Shown: one piece after another, positions 28,470-38,372 of the stretch
How positions within the stretch are numbered: the first letter of the stretch is position 1
Layout: each line of letters begins with the position of its first letter
Assembly (NCBI GenBank): GCA_041690135.1
Contig: JAWLHY010000007.1
Location: 160,001-224,000 of the forward strand
Direction: 5' to 3'
Origin: Armatimonadota bacterium
GTDB taxonomy: Bacteria > Armatimonadota > SYMT01
DNA length: 64,000 bases
Notes under the pieces: model-generated
Databases searched by the model: none
What the model was told of the DNA's origin: nothing
The model's input: only the letters and a program-made list of their open reading frames with translations
Translations under genes and position numbers: made by a program

Positions 28470-28676
28470 TCAGTCGCCGATTCGCTCGAACCGGAGGCGG
28501 GAGCCCGCGACGGTTTCCACGGTTTCGCTCCACATGCTCTCCGGGCGCGCCCACAGACGGGTCTCACCCTCGCGGTGATAGATGACCAGCGGCTCCTCGG
28601 TTTCGGAGTGGGTGGCGTTTCCGACGACGCGGTAGAGCTTGTCCTTGTAATGCCGGTACAGGCCGGGTTGCACCAT
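28470..28676 (-). CDS. DUF1653 family protein
   Basis: GLYRHYKDKLYRV...HSETEE.LVIY...LWARP..MW. Confidence 0.9.
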   Translation of the reverse strand: MVQPGLYRHYKDKLYRVVGNATHSETEEPLVIYHREGETRLWARPESMWSETVETVAGSRLRFERIGD

Positions 28677-28697
28677 GGCGATCTCCTTTCCCGTCGT

Positions 28698-29321
28698 TTA
28701 CTTTAGCGGAACGGAGAAGCTAAGGGCGGCTTTGGTCTCTTCCCGCCCGGGAACCCAATGGCAGGACCGGCAGCCGCCCTGGAGAGAAATGGCCTTGGTC
28801 ACCCGGAGACGCCCCGCGCTTATGGCCTCGGTGCGGTCCGCGCCGGCGGTCAATTCCCGGACGGCCTGTTTCTCGAAAGCGTCCACCGGACGGTGATCCG
28901 GGTTCATCAACACTCCGTTGACGGCCAGGAAGCGGGACTGCGGCCAACCCTTCTTGCTCATGATCTCCTGCAGCTTCCGCAGGGGGACCGCCGCCACGAT
29001 CGGCTGCCCGGTGCGGACGGGATACCACCGGTGGATCTCCTCCAGCGTGATCTGATAGGCGTCGTTGAGCATTTCCACCGCCATTCGCGCGTCCTCCGGT
29101 GTCAGAGCGGCAGTAGCGGGAGGGCCAGGCTTGCCGGGACCCGGCACACCAGTCGTGGCGTGGGGACGTTTACCTTCCGGGCGGGACGGCGCCTTCCCTG
29201 CGGACCTCTTTCCAGGTGCAGCAAAGGCGGCAGGCGCCAGGAGCATGGGGGCGAGGACGGCGGCCAAGACTCGGGAAGACACTGCAATTACCTCCAGTCT
29301 CTGGGACGGAGAGAACTCCAC
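28698..29321 (-). CDS. Exported DUF3365 (Tll0287-like) c-type heme protein
   Basis: Signal peptide; MNPDHRPVDAFEKQA, CRSCH; start uncertain. Confidence 0.8.
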   Translation of the reverse strand: MEFSPSQRLEVIAVSSRVLAAVLAPMLLAPAAFAAPGKRSAGKAPSRPEGKRPHATTGVPGPGKPGPPATAALTPEDARMAVEMLNDAYQITLEEIHRWYPVRTGQPIVAAVPLRKLQEIMSKKGWPQSRFLAVNGVLMNPDHRPVDAFEKQAVRELTAGADRTEAISAGRLRVTKAISLQGGCRSCHWVPGREETKAALSFSVPLK

Positions 29322-29378
29322 GATCCGTTGCTGGAGACTTCCGCGGCAGATTGATGACAGGAGGCGGGCGATGCCGGG

Positions 29379-29408
29379 GCGGAGGCCGGCCCTGCAGCCG
29401 GCCTCCGC
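29379..29408 (-). terminator. 12-bp GC hairpin just downstream of the 29416 gene
   Basis: gcggaggccggc-cctgca-gccggcctccgc; no U-tract. Confidence 0.45.
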
Positions 29409-29415
29409 TCGCCGG

Positions 29416-30228
29416 CTATCCCTTGGAGAGGCTCATCATGGAGCCGTCCAGGTAGAGGAACTCAGGGTTGGCGGTCTGGTCATTGTCCCCAAAGGGGTAG
29501 ACCGTATGCCGGCTCACCTGGCCATCGACACGTTTGAGCACCAGCGTGTTGCCGCTGAAGTGGTAGGTTCCGGAGGTCTCACTTTCCGACTTCCCGGCTG
29601 CGCTGCCGGCGCTACTTTCGATGGAAGCGCTCCCGATGCTGCCGGAAGAAAAGGTGCCATTCGGGTTGAGCGTCAGGCCACGGGCGGCACCCACGACGGC
29701 GCCGGTTCCCCTGCCGACCGTGGCGCCCCAACTCCAGTGACCCTTCAGCTTCTGACCTGGTTTGAACTGGGGCACGCGGGAGGTAAAGATGCCATCCAAC
29801 TCGAGATCTTTGCCCTTACGCGCGAATTTGCGGGTTTCCGGCTTGCGGCCGCCGCCCCAGGTGAAGGTGATCTTGTCCCCCTCGATGCGGTAGGTGCCGA
29901 CATTCCCCGGCTTTTCCTGCGCCGCTTTCTCCCAGTCGAAGGGGTCAAGACCGCCCTTCGGACCATAGGCGACCTTCCCGTCGTTGGTGAAATACCAGGC
30001 CTCATTCGAGATGGAGAAGGTCGGGTACGAGTAGGTCATCACCCGCAGATACAGCCCTCCAATGCCCGCGGGTTGCGCGGGCACTTTTGCGGTCGGCTTG
30101 ACGGGTGTCTTCTTTGCGGCGGGCCTGGCCGGGCTCTTCTTCGCGGCGGGTTGGGCAACTGCGTTGGAGCCAATCGCCGCGGCGACACCGGCGAGGGCGA
30201 AAACTGCGGAGGCCTGAGAGACTTTCAT
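29416..30228 (-). CDS. Secreted hypothetical protein (lipocalin-like beta repeats)
   Basis: Signal peptide AVA-Q, a Lys/Pro/Ala tract, and repeated GTY.I/F.G..(I/L) motifs. Confidence 0.8.
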   Translation of the reverse strand: MKVSQASAVFALAGVAAAIGSNAVAQPAAKKSPARPAAKKTPVKPTAKVPAQPAGIGGLYLRVMTYSYPTFSISNEAWYFTNDGKVAYGPKGGLDPFDWEKAAQEKPGNVGTYRIEGDKITFTWGGGRKPETRKFARKGKDLELDGIFTSRVPQFKPGQKLKGHWSWGATVGRGTGAVVGAARGLTLNPNGTFSSGSIGSASIESSAGSAAGKSESETSGTYHFSGNTLVLKRVDGQVSRHTVYPFGDNDQTANPEFLYLDGSMMSLSKG

Positions 30229-30458
30229 AACGCATCTCCTCTACTGCATCTTCGGATGCGCGTTAACAGGGATGAGCCGCGCCAGATGGCGCGGGGGTAA
30301 GCCGTAGAAGCTCTACGATACCCCAATATCCCACAGTTTCGCATTCGCGTGCATGTTTCTCCACCACGGTCGGCGATTTCCCATCCCCACTGCAAAACAC
30401 GGCAAAAGGCCCGGTCCATATCCGGACCGGGCCTGGCACACACCTTAGCGAGTTCCCG

Positions 30459-30743
30459 CTACTCCCCGCTTGGTGCGGCTGGTGCGCTCGGAGCAGCCGG
30501 CACACTCGGGGCGCTGGGAGCACTGGGAGCACTCGGCTCGCTCGGCACCGGAACCGGCACCACCTGGGTGTCCGGCTGGGAAGGCTGGATGATCGTCGTG
30601 TCATTATCCGGCGCGGGGCTGGCGTCGATCCGCGGCTGCCCCCACACGAACCAGGCGACCAGCGCCAGGATGGCCACCACGGCGATCATGGCCGCCGCCA
30701 TCCAACCCGCACCACTCTCGTTCTCTCTATAGACAACCGGCAT
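30459..30743 (-). CDS. Small single-TM protein with a PSA/PAA low-complexity tail
   Basis: AAAGGA RBS; one TM helix; (PSA)n tail. Confidence 0.7.
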   Translation of the reverse strand: MPVVYRENESGAGWMAAAMIAVVAILALVAWFVWGQPRIDASPAPDNDTTIIQPSQPDTQVVPVPVPSEPSAPSAPSAPSVPAAPSAPAAPSGE

Positions 30744-30835
30744 TTCGGTGTTCCTTTCGCGACTGATTCCACCCCAAGAGGTGGGTTCAGAGGGTGATAC
30801 CCGGCGTCCTGGCTACAGAAACGGGGGGTGCTTGC

Positions 30836-32503
30836 TCAACGGGGAGTCGGGTTTGCCGCGTGCGGTGCCTTCCCGTCGGGGTCTTGCGGAACTTCCAACC
30901 AGCAGATCCTGCGGTCTTCCAGTCCCCAGAGTGTCAACCACTGGAAGAGTTCCTTCCGAACCCGGCGGCGGTCATCAGGAGAGTAGAGGGGCATTTCCAG
31001 AAAGGGCCAGCGCGGAGGTTGGTTGCCTGAGTGGCCGTTGATGGTGGGAATGCCGGTCTCCAGGTAAACCCACAAGGCGTCGACATGGTAACGGTCGGTT
31101 TTGCCCTGGGTAGGAGTGAGAAAGAAGGCGTTGGCGGTCGGGTCGATTTGCCGCGCCAGCGCTCCATCTTCCGCGCGAGCTTGCTGCTTGCTGTAAGAGG
31201 GGATCCACCGTCCTTGCTCCAGTACTCCGAGGGCCAGGCAGGCCAGTAGCAACCCGATCCGCTGCCGCCTCAAGAGGTGCTGTACCACGAATCCCACGCC
31301 CAGGGCGGCAGGAAGCAAGATGATGAAGACCACTCGGTGACACGCCCGCACCGCGTAAGCACCCGGAACGAACAGGAACTGCGCGCGGCAGAGCTCTCGC
31401 TCGTTGGCAAGAACGATTGTGTAGGCGAGGATGGTCAGTGTGACGAGGATGGCCAGGCGGACGGTGGGTCTTTCCCGCTCGCGCCAGAGGCCGAACGCGG
31501 CGGCCACGGTGGTGAGGAGCCCGATGCCGATCGGCTCGGAGCGGAGCACCGTGCCCACGTCGAAGAAGCCGTCCGTCCATCCGTAGCACCAACTCTGCGT
31601 GCCCATATACAACCACGAGGGCCACGAGGGCATGGAGAAGAGCACGTCCATATAGTGGCGTTTGGGCACTTCCCAGCGGGCCTGGAGGTAATGGAGCGCC
31701 ATGGGGTAGAGGGTGAGCCCGGAGGCGGCTGCCACCACCGTCAGCGCCAGCAGGTGTGCTCGCGCAAACGAGACGAGCACTTCTCGATATTCCCGAAGGG
31801 CGAGGGCCCAGAGCAGCGCAACGCCCAATCCCAAAGCTAGAAACCATCCCAGGTAGTAGCAGGCGTAGAACTGAGCGACCACGCACGCACTGAACAGAAA
31901 GATCCAGAGACGTGTCCACGCAGGCCTTTGCGGATCGAGGTGGGACTGGAACGCGAGGGCGAGAAAGTAAACGGCCAGAGGCGCGTAGAACTGCGCCAGT
32001 AGTTGCTGGCGGATCAGGTGCGCGAGGCGAGGACTGCCGAAAGCGAACAGAAACGCCCCGGCCGCGGCGGCGAGCGGATGGAGACGCACTCCGTGGCGAA
32101 GGACGAGATAGGCGGATGCGAAGTTCAGCACTCCGAGTGTCAGCATCCAGAACTGAAAGGAAGTGTCCGGGGGCAGACCTAACCAGCGCCACACCCAGTA
32201 GAATGGACCGACACCTACCAGGATTTCTGAATAGGCAAAGGTGTTGGGCGCCGGAAAAAAGACACCCGGGCTCCAGAAGTCCCGGTGCGCCGGATCGCCC
32301 CGCAGCCAGCGGTAACCGTGTTCGAGGATGAAGTTATTCAGCCGCGTATCGAACCGATCCGTCTGCACGCGTTCGAAGCCCGAAAGCAACATCGGGTAAT
32401 GCGCGAGCAAGAGGCCGAGCAGGCACAGGCCCAGCGGCAGAAGGAATTCGCGAAGGCAGAGGCGACCGCGGACAATCCAGGGGGAAGCGGGCTTCAGTCT
32501 CAT
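30836..32503 (-). CDS. Polytopic membrane protein, YfhO/GT-C glycosyltransferase-like
   Basis: Multiple TMs; DTRLNNFILEH, FFPAPNTFAYSE, IPTINGHSG. Confidence 0.7.
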   Translation of the reverse strand: MRLKPASPWIVRGRLCLREFLLPLGLCLLGLLLAHYPMLLSGFERVQTDRFDTRLNNFILEHGYRWLRGDPAHRDFWSPGVFFPAPNTFAYSEILVGVGPFYWVWRWLGLPPDTSFQFWMLTLGVLNFASAYLVLRHGVRLHPLAAAAGAFLFAFGSPRLAHLIRQQLLAQFYAPLAVYFLALAFQSHLDPQRPAWTRLWIFLFSACVVAQFYACYYLGWFLALGLGVALLWALALREYREVLVSFARAHLLALTVVAAASGLTLYPMALHYLQARWEVPKRHYMDVLFSMPSWPSWLYMGTQSWCYGWTDGFFDVGTVLRSEPIGIGLLTTVAAAFGLWRERERPTVRLAILVTLTILAYTIVLANERELCRAQFLFVPGAYAVRACHRVVFIILLPAALGVGFVVQHLLRRQRIGLLLACLALGVLEQGRWIPSYSKQQARAEDGALARQIDPTANAFFLTPTQGKTDRYHVDALWVYLETGIPTINGHSGNQPPRWPFLEMPLYSPDDRRRVRKELFQWLTLWGLEDRRICWLEVPQDPDGKAPHAANPTPR

Positions 32504-32737
32504 CGGAGTGGGATGCGTGGACGGACGCTGGTTGGCTGGGCTGCGGAAGTGTAAGCTGTCGCCCGGTCATCTGTCAATAGGTGGCTTGCTTCCAGGTTGG
32601 ATACCGATACAGATGCCTACAGGGGGACGCGCCGGGGCCGGAAGGCTTCCAAACCCGAAAGGGGTAAGATCTGGTAGCAAAGGTACTGGGCGGATGCAGG
32701 TTCCGAGCCGGACATACGCCACAGTCAGGACGAGAGA

Positions 32738-35170
32738 ATGAAGCACGACGTTACCCGAGAGGGTGGAGAGGGTCGCTACCGGGCGCTGTTTGAGCTCAGC
32801 TCCGAGGGCATCTGGCTCATGGATCTGGAGGAGCCTGTTCCGGTTGATCTCCCGGAGGAAGCGCAGGTTGGGGCGTTTTACCGCCACGCTTGCCTTACGG
32901 AATGCAACCGGGCGATGGCGGAAATGTACGGTATCGATGATCCGGCCGATCTCGTGGGAAGCCGGTTGGGAGATCTCCTTCCCCGTAGCGACCCCCACAA
33001 CTATGCCTATCTGTGCGACTTCATCCGCTCCGGTTACCGGCTTATCGGCGCGGAATCTCACGAGGTCGATTGTGCCGGCCGTCCCAAGTACTTTGTTAAC
33101 AATCTAATGGGCATGGTGGAAGACGGCCGCCTGGTGCGGGTCTGGGGTACGCAACGGGATACTACGGAGCAGAAAGCTCTCGAACTGGAGCTCCGGAGGA
33201 GCGAGGAGTTGCTTCGCTCGCTGGGCGACAATCTTCCCGGTGCGCTGTACCAGGCGATACGGCCGGCCGGTGGGTCAACGCATTTCCGGTATCTCAGCGC
33301 GGGAATCGAGCGTCTCTTCGGAGTGAGGTCGGAGAAGGCGATCGCCGATCCGGCTCAACTGTACGCGCGGATTTTGCCGGAAGATCTACCGGGTCTTGCC
33401 GCCGCGGAAGACGAGGCCGTGCGATCCGGGGAGCCCTTCGACTCCATCTTTCGCTTTCGCACGGACGCAGGGGAGATACGCTGGGCGCACAGTCGCTCCG
33501 CGCCGCGTTTCCTGCCAGATGGCGCCGTGGTGTGGGACGGTATCATAATGGATGTCACTGAGCGCCAAAGAGCCGAACAGGCCCTGGCGCTCTCGCAGGC
33601 GGCGCAGCGCGAGCAGGAAGAGTTATTGAAGCTGGCGCAGCGGGCCGCCGATGCCGGAGCCTGGGCCTTCGAGCTTTCCACCGGCAATGCGTGGTGGTCG
33701 GAAGCGTGCTACGACCTGTTCGGGCTGGATCCAACGACCTTTACACCCACCCTCGAAAACTGGGCGGCCCGCGTCTTCGCGGAAGACCGCGAGCGAGCCC
33801 TGGAGGCGGTGCGGGAGGCGGTTGCCGAGCACCGGGACTTCAGTTGCGAGTTTCGCATCGTCCATCCGGAGAAGGGTGTGCGATGGATCTGGGAGGTTGC
33901 GCAGGCGCAACGAGACGCCGAGGGTCGGCCCTGGCGGATGGTCGGGATTGCCCTGGACATCACGCAGCGGCGCTTCGCCGAGGAGGCCTTGCGGGAGGCA
34001 AGCCGCCGGAAAGATGAGTTCCTGGCGATGCTGGCGCACGAATTGCGCAACCCGCTGGCGCCCATCCGTGCAGCATCTCACGTGCTGAAACTGTGCGGGT
34101 GGACGAACCCCGATCTTCTCGAACGGAACCGGGAGATCATAGAGCGCCAGGTGGAGAACATGGCCCGGTTGCTGGACGACCTGCTTGATGTTTCGCGCAT
34201 CACCCGCGGACTCGTGGAATTGAAGTTAGAACCCACTGATCTGGCGCAGGTGGTCCGGAATTCCCTGGACACGGCACAGCCCTTGATCGAAGCCCGGCGC
34301 CACGGGGTCACCCTCACTCTGCCCGATACGCCCGTCCTCATTCCGGCGGACCGGGTACGGCTGGAGCAAGTGCTCGTCAATCTGCTCACCAATGCGGCAA
34401 AATATACCGAACCGGGAGGCCGGATTTGGGTGGAGGTGAACGCCGGATGTGCGCGCCCGGAAACCGCGTCCGGGAATGGCCGTAACGTGGAAATCCGCAT
34501 CCGGGATACCGGTCGGGGTATTCCACCGGCCCTGCTTCCGCATGTGTTTGAGCTCTTCGCGCAGGGTGAACAGGGGCTAGATCGGAGCCAGGGCGGTCTG
34601 GGAATTGGATTGACCCTGGTCAAGCGCCTGGTCGAGATGCATGAGGGTGCGGTGGAGGCAAGGAGCGGCGGTGTGGGTCGGGGCTCCGAGTTCATCGTCC
34701 GGCTTCCGTGCGGCCCGCCCTTGGAAACGGAGCGAGAGACCGGATCTCGTCCCCAGAAGCGTGAAACTCCGCCCTCGGGAGGCCCGAACCGGCAGGCCCG
34801 TCCGCTGCGTGTTCTAGTGGTGGACGACAACCGGGACGCCGCCGAGACATTGCTCGAATTGGCGGAGATTTGGGGTTACGAAACCCGGGCCGTGTATGAC
34901 GGATTGTCCGCACTCCGGGAAGTTGCGGCTTTTGGTCCGGAAGTGATCCTGCTGGATATCGGCATGCCCGGCATCGACGGCTACGAGGTGGCTCGCCGCA
35001 TCCGGGCCAAGCGCAATGGACAAGCGCCAAAGCTGGTGGCGGTTACCGGTTACGGGCGCGAAGAGGACCGGGCCCGCGCCCGAGAAGCCGGTTTCGACGA
35101 GCACGTCACCAAGCCGGTTGACTTGGAGGCGCTGCGAGAGTTGCTTGCCGCGCTGGCGCCCGTCGGGTAG
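32738..35170 (+). CDS. PAS-domain hybrid sensor histidine kinase with receiver domain
   Basis: Three PAS/PAC-like units; LAHELRNPL, NLLTNAAKYT, DTGRGI, GLGIGL; VVDDN...LDIGMP...KP. Confidence 0.95.
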   Translation: MKHDVTREGGEGRYRALFELSSEGIWLMDLEEPVPVDLPEEAQVGAFYRHACLTECNRAMAEMYGIDDPADLVGSRLGDLLPRSDPHNYAYLCDFIRSGYRLIGAESHEVDCAGRPKYFVNNLMGMVEDGRLVRVWGTQRDTTEQKALELELRRSEELLRSLGDNLPGALYQAIRPAGGSTHFRYLSAGIERLFGVRSEKAIADPAQLYARILPEDLPGLAAAEDEAVRSGEPFDSIFRFRTDAGEIRWAHSRSAPRFLPDGAVVWDGIIMDVTERQRAEQALALSQAAQREQEELLKLAQRAADAGAWAFELSTGNAWWSEACYDLFGLDPTTFTPTLENWAARVFAEDRERALEAVREAVAEHRDFSCEFRIVHPEKGVRWIWEVAQAQRDAEGRPWRMVGIALDITQRRFAEEALREASRRKDEFLAMLAHELRNPLAPIRAASHVLKLCGWTNPDLLERNREIIERQVENMARLLDDLLDVSRITRGLVELKLEPTDLAQVVRNSLDTAQPLIEARRHGVTLTLPDTPVLIPADRVRLEQVLVNLLTNAAKYTEPGGRIWVEVNAGCARPETASGNGRNVEIRIRDTGRGIPPALLPHVFELFAQGEQGLDRSQGGLGIGLTLVKRLVEMHEGAVEARSGGVGRGSEFIVRLPCGPPLETERETGSRPQKRETPPSGGPNRQARPLRVLVVDDNRDAAETLLELAEIWGYETRAVYDGLSALREVAAFGPEVILLDIGMPGIDGYEVARRIRAKRNGQAPKLVAVTGYGREEDRARAREAGFDEHVTKPVDLEALRELLAALAPVG

Positions 35171-35297
35171 GATGGTCCAGCCGTCTATGCGGAGAATCAG
35201 GCCAATTATCCGCCCGAGATGATGGTGCGCGGCGGTCGACCGGCGGGTGGTTGGGGCTGTCGAGAAGCATAGAGCTGGGGCGGCGGAGAGTGCACGG

Positions 35298-36092
35298 ATG
35301 AGCGAAGGAAAGCTTGCGGAACGGGTGGCCCTGATCACCGGCGGTGCGTCCGGAATCGGTCGGGCCGCGGCGCTTGTGCTGGCCGGTGAAGGCGCGACGG
35401 TGGCGATTGCCGACCGCGACCTGACGGGTGCGGAGACCGTGGCTGCCGAGATCCGTGCTCGGGCAGGCCAGGCTATGGCGTATGTGCTCGACGTTTCCCA
35501 GGAGCCGAGTTGGGTTACGTTTATGGAGCGCCTCCTCGCGGACCACGAGCGGCTCGACGTAGCGGTCAACAGCGCTGGCATCTCCCACCAGCGTCCGATC
35601 ACCGAACTCACGGTGGAAGAGTGGGAACAGGTGATGTCCGTAAACCTCCGCGGCGTGATGCTGGGAACGAAGTTCGCGATGCGGGCGATGCTGCCGCGCG
35701 GAGAGGGCAGCATCATCAACGTTTCCTCCTCGGCGGGGGTGAAGGCGATCCCGGGCGCCGCCGCCTACTCGGTCAGCAAAGCGGGAGTGTGCATGCTGAC
35801 GCGGGTCGCCGCCCTGGAGTGTGCCCAGAGCGGGACCCGGATTCGTGTCAATTCCATCCTCCCCGGTGGGGTAAAGACTCCCCTCTGGCGGCAGCTTGAC
35901 TCGTGGGACACCATGGTGAAGCGACTGGGCAGCGAGGATGCAGTCTTCACCGCGTTTGCACGGAGCGTGCCCCTGAAACGATACGCCGAAGCCGAGGAAG
36001 TCGCACGCGCGATTCTCTACCTGGCTTCGGATGACTCCGCCTTTGCCACCGGCACGGAACTGGTGCTCGACGGCGGCTACGCAGCGTCGTAG
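35298..36092 (+). CDS. SDR family oxidoreductase
   Basis: TGGASGIG, VNSAG, YSVSK. Confidence 0.93.
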   Translation: MSEGKLAERVALITGGASGIGRAAALVLAGEGATVAIADRDLTGAETVAAEIRARAGQAMAYVLDVSQEPSWVTFMERLLADHERLDVAVNSAGISHQRPITELTVEEWEQVMSVNLRGVMLGTKFAMRAMLPRGEGSIINVSSSAGVKAIPGAAAYSVSKAGVCMLTRVAALECAQSGTRIRVNSILPGGVKTPLWRQLDSWDTMVKRLGSEDAVFTAFARSVPLKRYAEAEEVARAILYLASDDSAFATGTELVLDGGYAAS

Positions 36093-36271
36093 TCAGCGGC
36101 CTCTTTTCAGAGTCCACGCGATCAGCGAACTCCATCGAACTCGTTTCCGATGGTTGCCCCCTATGCATATAGCCGCCCAGTCCTGGGGTGGATAACATGG
36201 CTGGCAGGGGCTAACTGTACGAGGGCCGATTTGCCCCCTCGGCTCAGGAAACTCCCAGAGGAGAAGACCCG

Positions 36272-37243
36272 ATGGAACAGCACATCGAACGGATCGAGGC
36301 GTTAGAAAGACAATTGGCCGAGTTGAGCCGACGGAAGACATCCGCGGCATCGCGGTCGGGCTGGCGGATGCTCACGCTCACCCTGGCGGCGCTCGGGTTG
36401 ACCACGGCCCTGCTCCGTCCTGGTACGGCACAGGGCAATGGAAATGGGCTGCCGGCGCGGGTGGCGGCTCTCGAAACCCAGGTGGCCGCACTCCAGCAAG
36501 AGTTGGCGTCCGAAAAGGCGGCGCGAATAGCAGCCGTGGCGGCCCTACAGACGGCGGCCGATGCGGAGACGGCGGCGAGGCAGGCGGCGGACACCACCCT
36601 TCAGAATGCCCTATCTGCGGAGACGAATGCTCGCCAGGCGTCGGACACCGCATTGCAGAACGGGTTGACGGGCGAAGTGGCGGTCCGGAGTTCGGCCGAC
36701 ACGGCTCTTCAGAACCAGATCAGCCCGCTCGCCTTCATTCTTCAGCCGTTCTCCCGGACCGGTGATGATGTATATATCTCCGGGGCGAACCTCAATATCA
36801 CCAACGGTCTGGGAAGTACCGAGACGACCAACGGTCTGGGGAACCTGATCGTTGGCTACAACGAGGTAGGCAGCCTCAATCAGCGGGGTGGATCGCACAA
36901 CCTGGTGGTGGGGCGTGGCCACCGATACACCAGCTACGGCGGGATGGTCGTCGGCCTCAACAATTCAATCCTGAATGATTACGCGGTAGTGTCCGGCGGG
37001 CAGGGGAATTCCGCCACGGGCCGAAAATCCGCGGTCAGCGGCGGAGCCCTGAACCATGCCGCGGGCATCAATGCCAGTGTGAGCGGCGGTTTTGGCAACT
37101 CGGCCTCCGGGGTGGAGTCTTCGGTGTCCGGTGGACTTTCCAACGTGGCCGCCGGGCATGCCTCCAGCGTCAGTGGTGGTCGACAGCGGACGGCCCTGTT
37201 CCAGTACGATTGGGTTGCCGGTGGCCTGGCGCAGCCCGAGTAG
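36272..37243 (+). CDS. Secreted or anchored protein with a coiled-coil stalk and 14-residue SVSGG beta-roll-like repeats
   Basis: Hydrophobic N-terminal segment; E..AR..AD..LQ repeats; five S(V)SGG..N.A.G-type repeats. Confidence 0.8.
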   Translation: MEQHIERIEALERQLAELSRRKTSAASRSGWRMLTLTLAALGLTTALLRPGTAQGNGNGLPARVAALETQVAALQQELASEKAARIAAVAALQTAADAETAARQAADTTLQNALSAETNARQASDTALQNGLTGEVAVRSSADTALQNQISPLAFILQPFSRTGDDVYISGANLNITNGLGSTETTNGLGNLIVGYNEVGSLNQRGGSHNLVVGRGHRYTSYGGMVVGLNNSILNDYAVVSGGQGNSATGRKSAVSGGALNHAAGINASVSGGFGNSASGVESSVSGGLSNVAAGHASSVSGGRQRTALFQYDWVAGGLAQPE

Positions 37244-37328
37244 GTCCGCAATCCTCTTCAACGACGAGAGTCCCCGAACCCCAGGAACAGGGTTTAGCGC
37301 ATGTTCCTGGGGTGGCACCGTTACTCCC

Positions 37329-37784
37329 TCAAGGAACCAGCAGTTCGATCCCGAATTCCCGGCAAACTTCCGCGCCGGTCTCGGGATTGAACCGTCCCTC
37401 TCGCACGAGTTGGTCGGCCGCCAGGAAGAAATGTTCGTGCCCGGCCGGAGTAGCCGTCCCCAGGAAACGCACCGGCTCGGCTCCCGGGTTGCAGAACGCG
37501 TGCGGCACGCCGTGGGGGAGGAAGATGCTGTTTCCCGGCCCGATCCGCTTACGTTCGTTCCCCAGCAGCACTTCGAGTTCGCCTTCCAACACGTAGAACG
37601 TCTCATCGTCGTGCTGGTGGACATGCGGCGGAGCACCGGTTCCGGGGGCCGCCGTCACTTCGTACACGGAATGAGATCCGCCCGTATCCTCTCCGGTGAG
37701 CAGGATATCCACGCGCACGCCGAAGACCAGAGCGGTCTTCCCCTGTCCGGCGCTGGCAATTCGGGGCTGCAGTTGATCGGCCAT
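37329..37784 (-). CDS. Cupin domain protein
   Basis: PPHVHQHDDETFYVLEG ... PHGVPHAF. Confidence 0.92.
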   Translation of the reverse strand: MADQLQPRIASAGQGKTALVFGVRVDILLTGEDTGGSHSVYEVTAAPGTGAPPHVHQHDDETFYVLEGELEVLLGNERKRIGPGNSIFLPHGVPHAFCNPGAEPVRFLGTATPAGHEHFFLAADQLVREGRFNPETGAEVCREFGIELLVP

Positions 37785-37889
37785 CGTTTCCTCCTCCAGT
37801 GGTGTTCGTTGCTCGCCGCGAGACGGGCACTTGGTAAGTCTTCCTGTCCATTATAGACAGGAACACTGACTATATGCCACACTTTCCTT

Positions 37890-38372
37890 ATGGAAAGATG
37901 CGATGACCGAACGGGCCGTACTCTTACGGAACAAGAGCGAACTCTGGGTGCGCTCCTACGTGGGCCATACCAGGTCCTGGCTACCCGCGTGTATGGAGAG
38001 TTGAGCCGGAGGGGATATGCCGACGTGCGCCCGGCGCATGGAGCCGTTTTCCGGCATATCTTGCCGGAAGGGTCCCGGATCACCGAGCTGGCCGACCGGG
38101 CGCAGTTAACCAAGCAGAGCATGGGCGCCCTGGTGGACTACTTGCGGGACCATGGGTACGTGGAGCTCCATCCCGATCCCCTCGACGGCCGGGCGAAGCG
38201 GGTGTGCCTTACGGAGCGCGGACGGGCACTCCAGCACACGGCGCTGGAGATCAGTCGGGAAGTGGAGCAGGAGTTGGGCTCGCAGTTGGGCCTGCGCCGG
38301 ATGCAGCGTCTGCGCGAAGTCCTGGAAGAACTTAACGACCTGCTCGAGAATCAGCGCGTGGTGCCGGGTTAA
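37890..38372 (+). CDS. MarR family transcriptional regulator
   Basis: ITELADRAQLTKQSM...DPLDGRAKRVCLTERG; divergent from the cupin gene. Confidence 0.92.
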   Translation: MERCDDRTGRTLTEQERTLGALLRGPYQVLATRVYGELSRRGYADVRPAHGAVFRHILPEGSRITELADRAQLTKQSMGALVDYLRDHGYVELHPDPLDGRAKRVCLTERGRALQHTALEISREVEQELGSQLGLRRMQRLREVLEELNDLLENQRVVPG

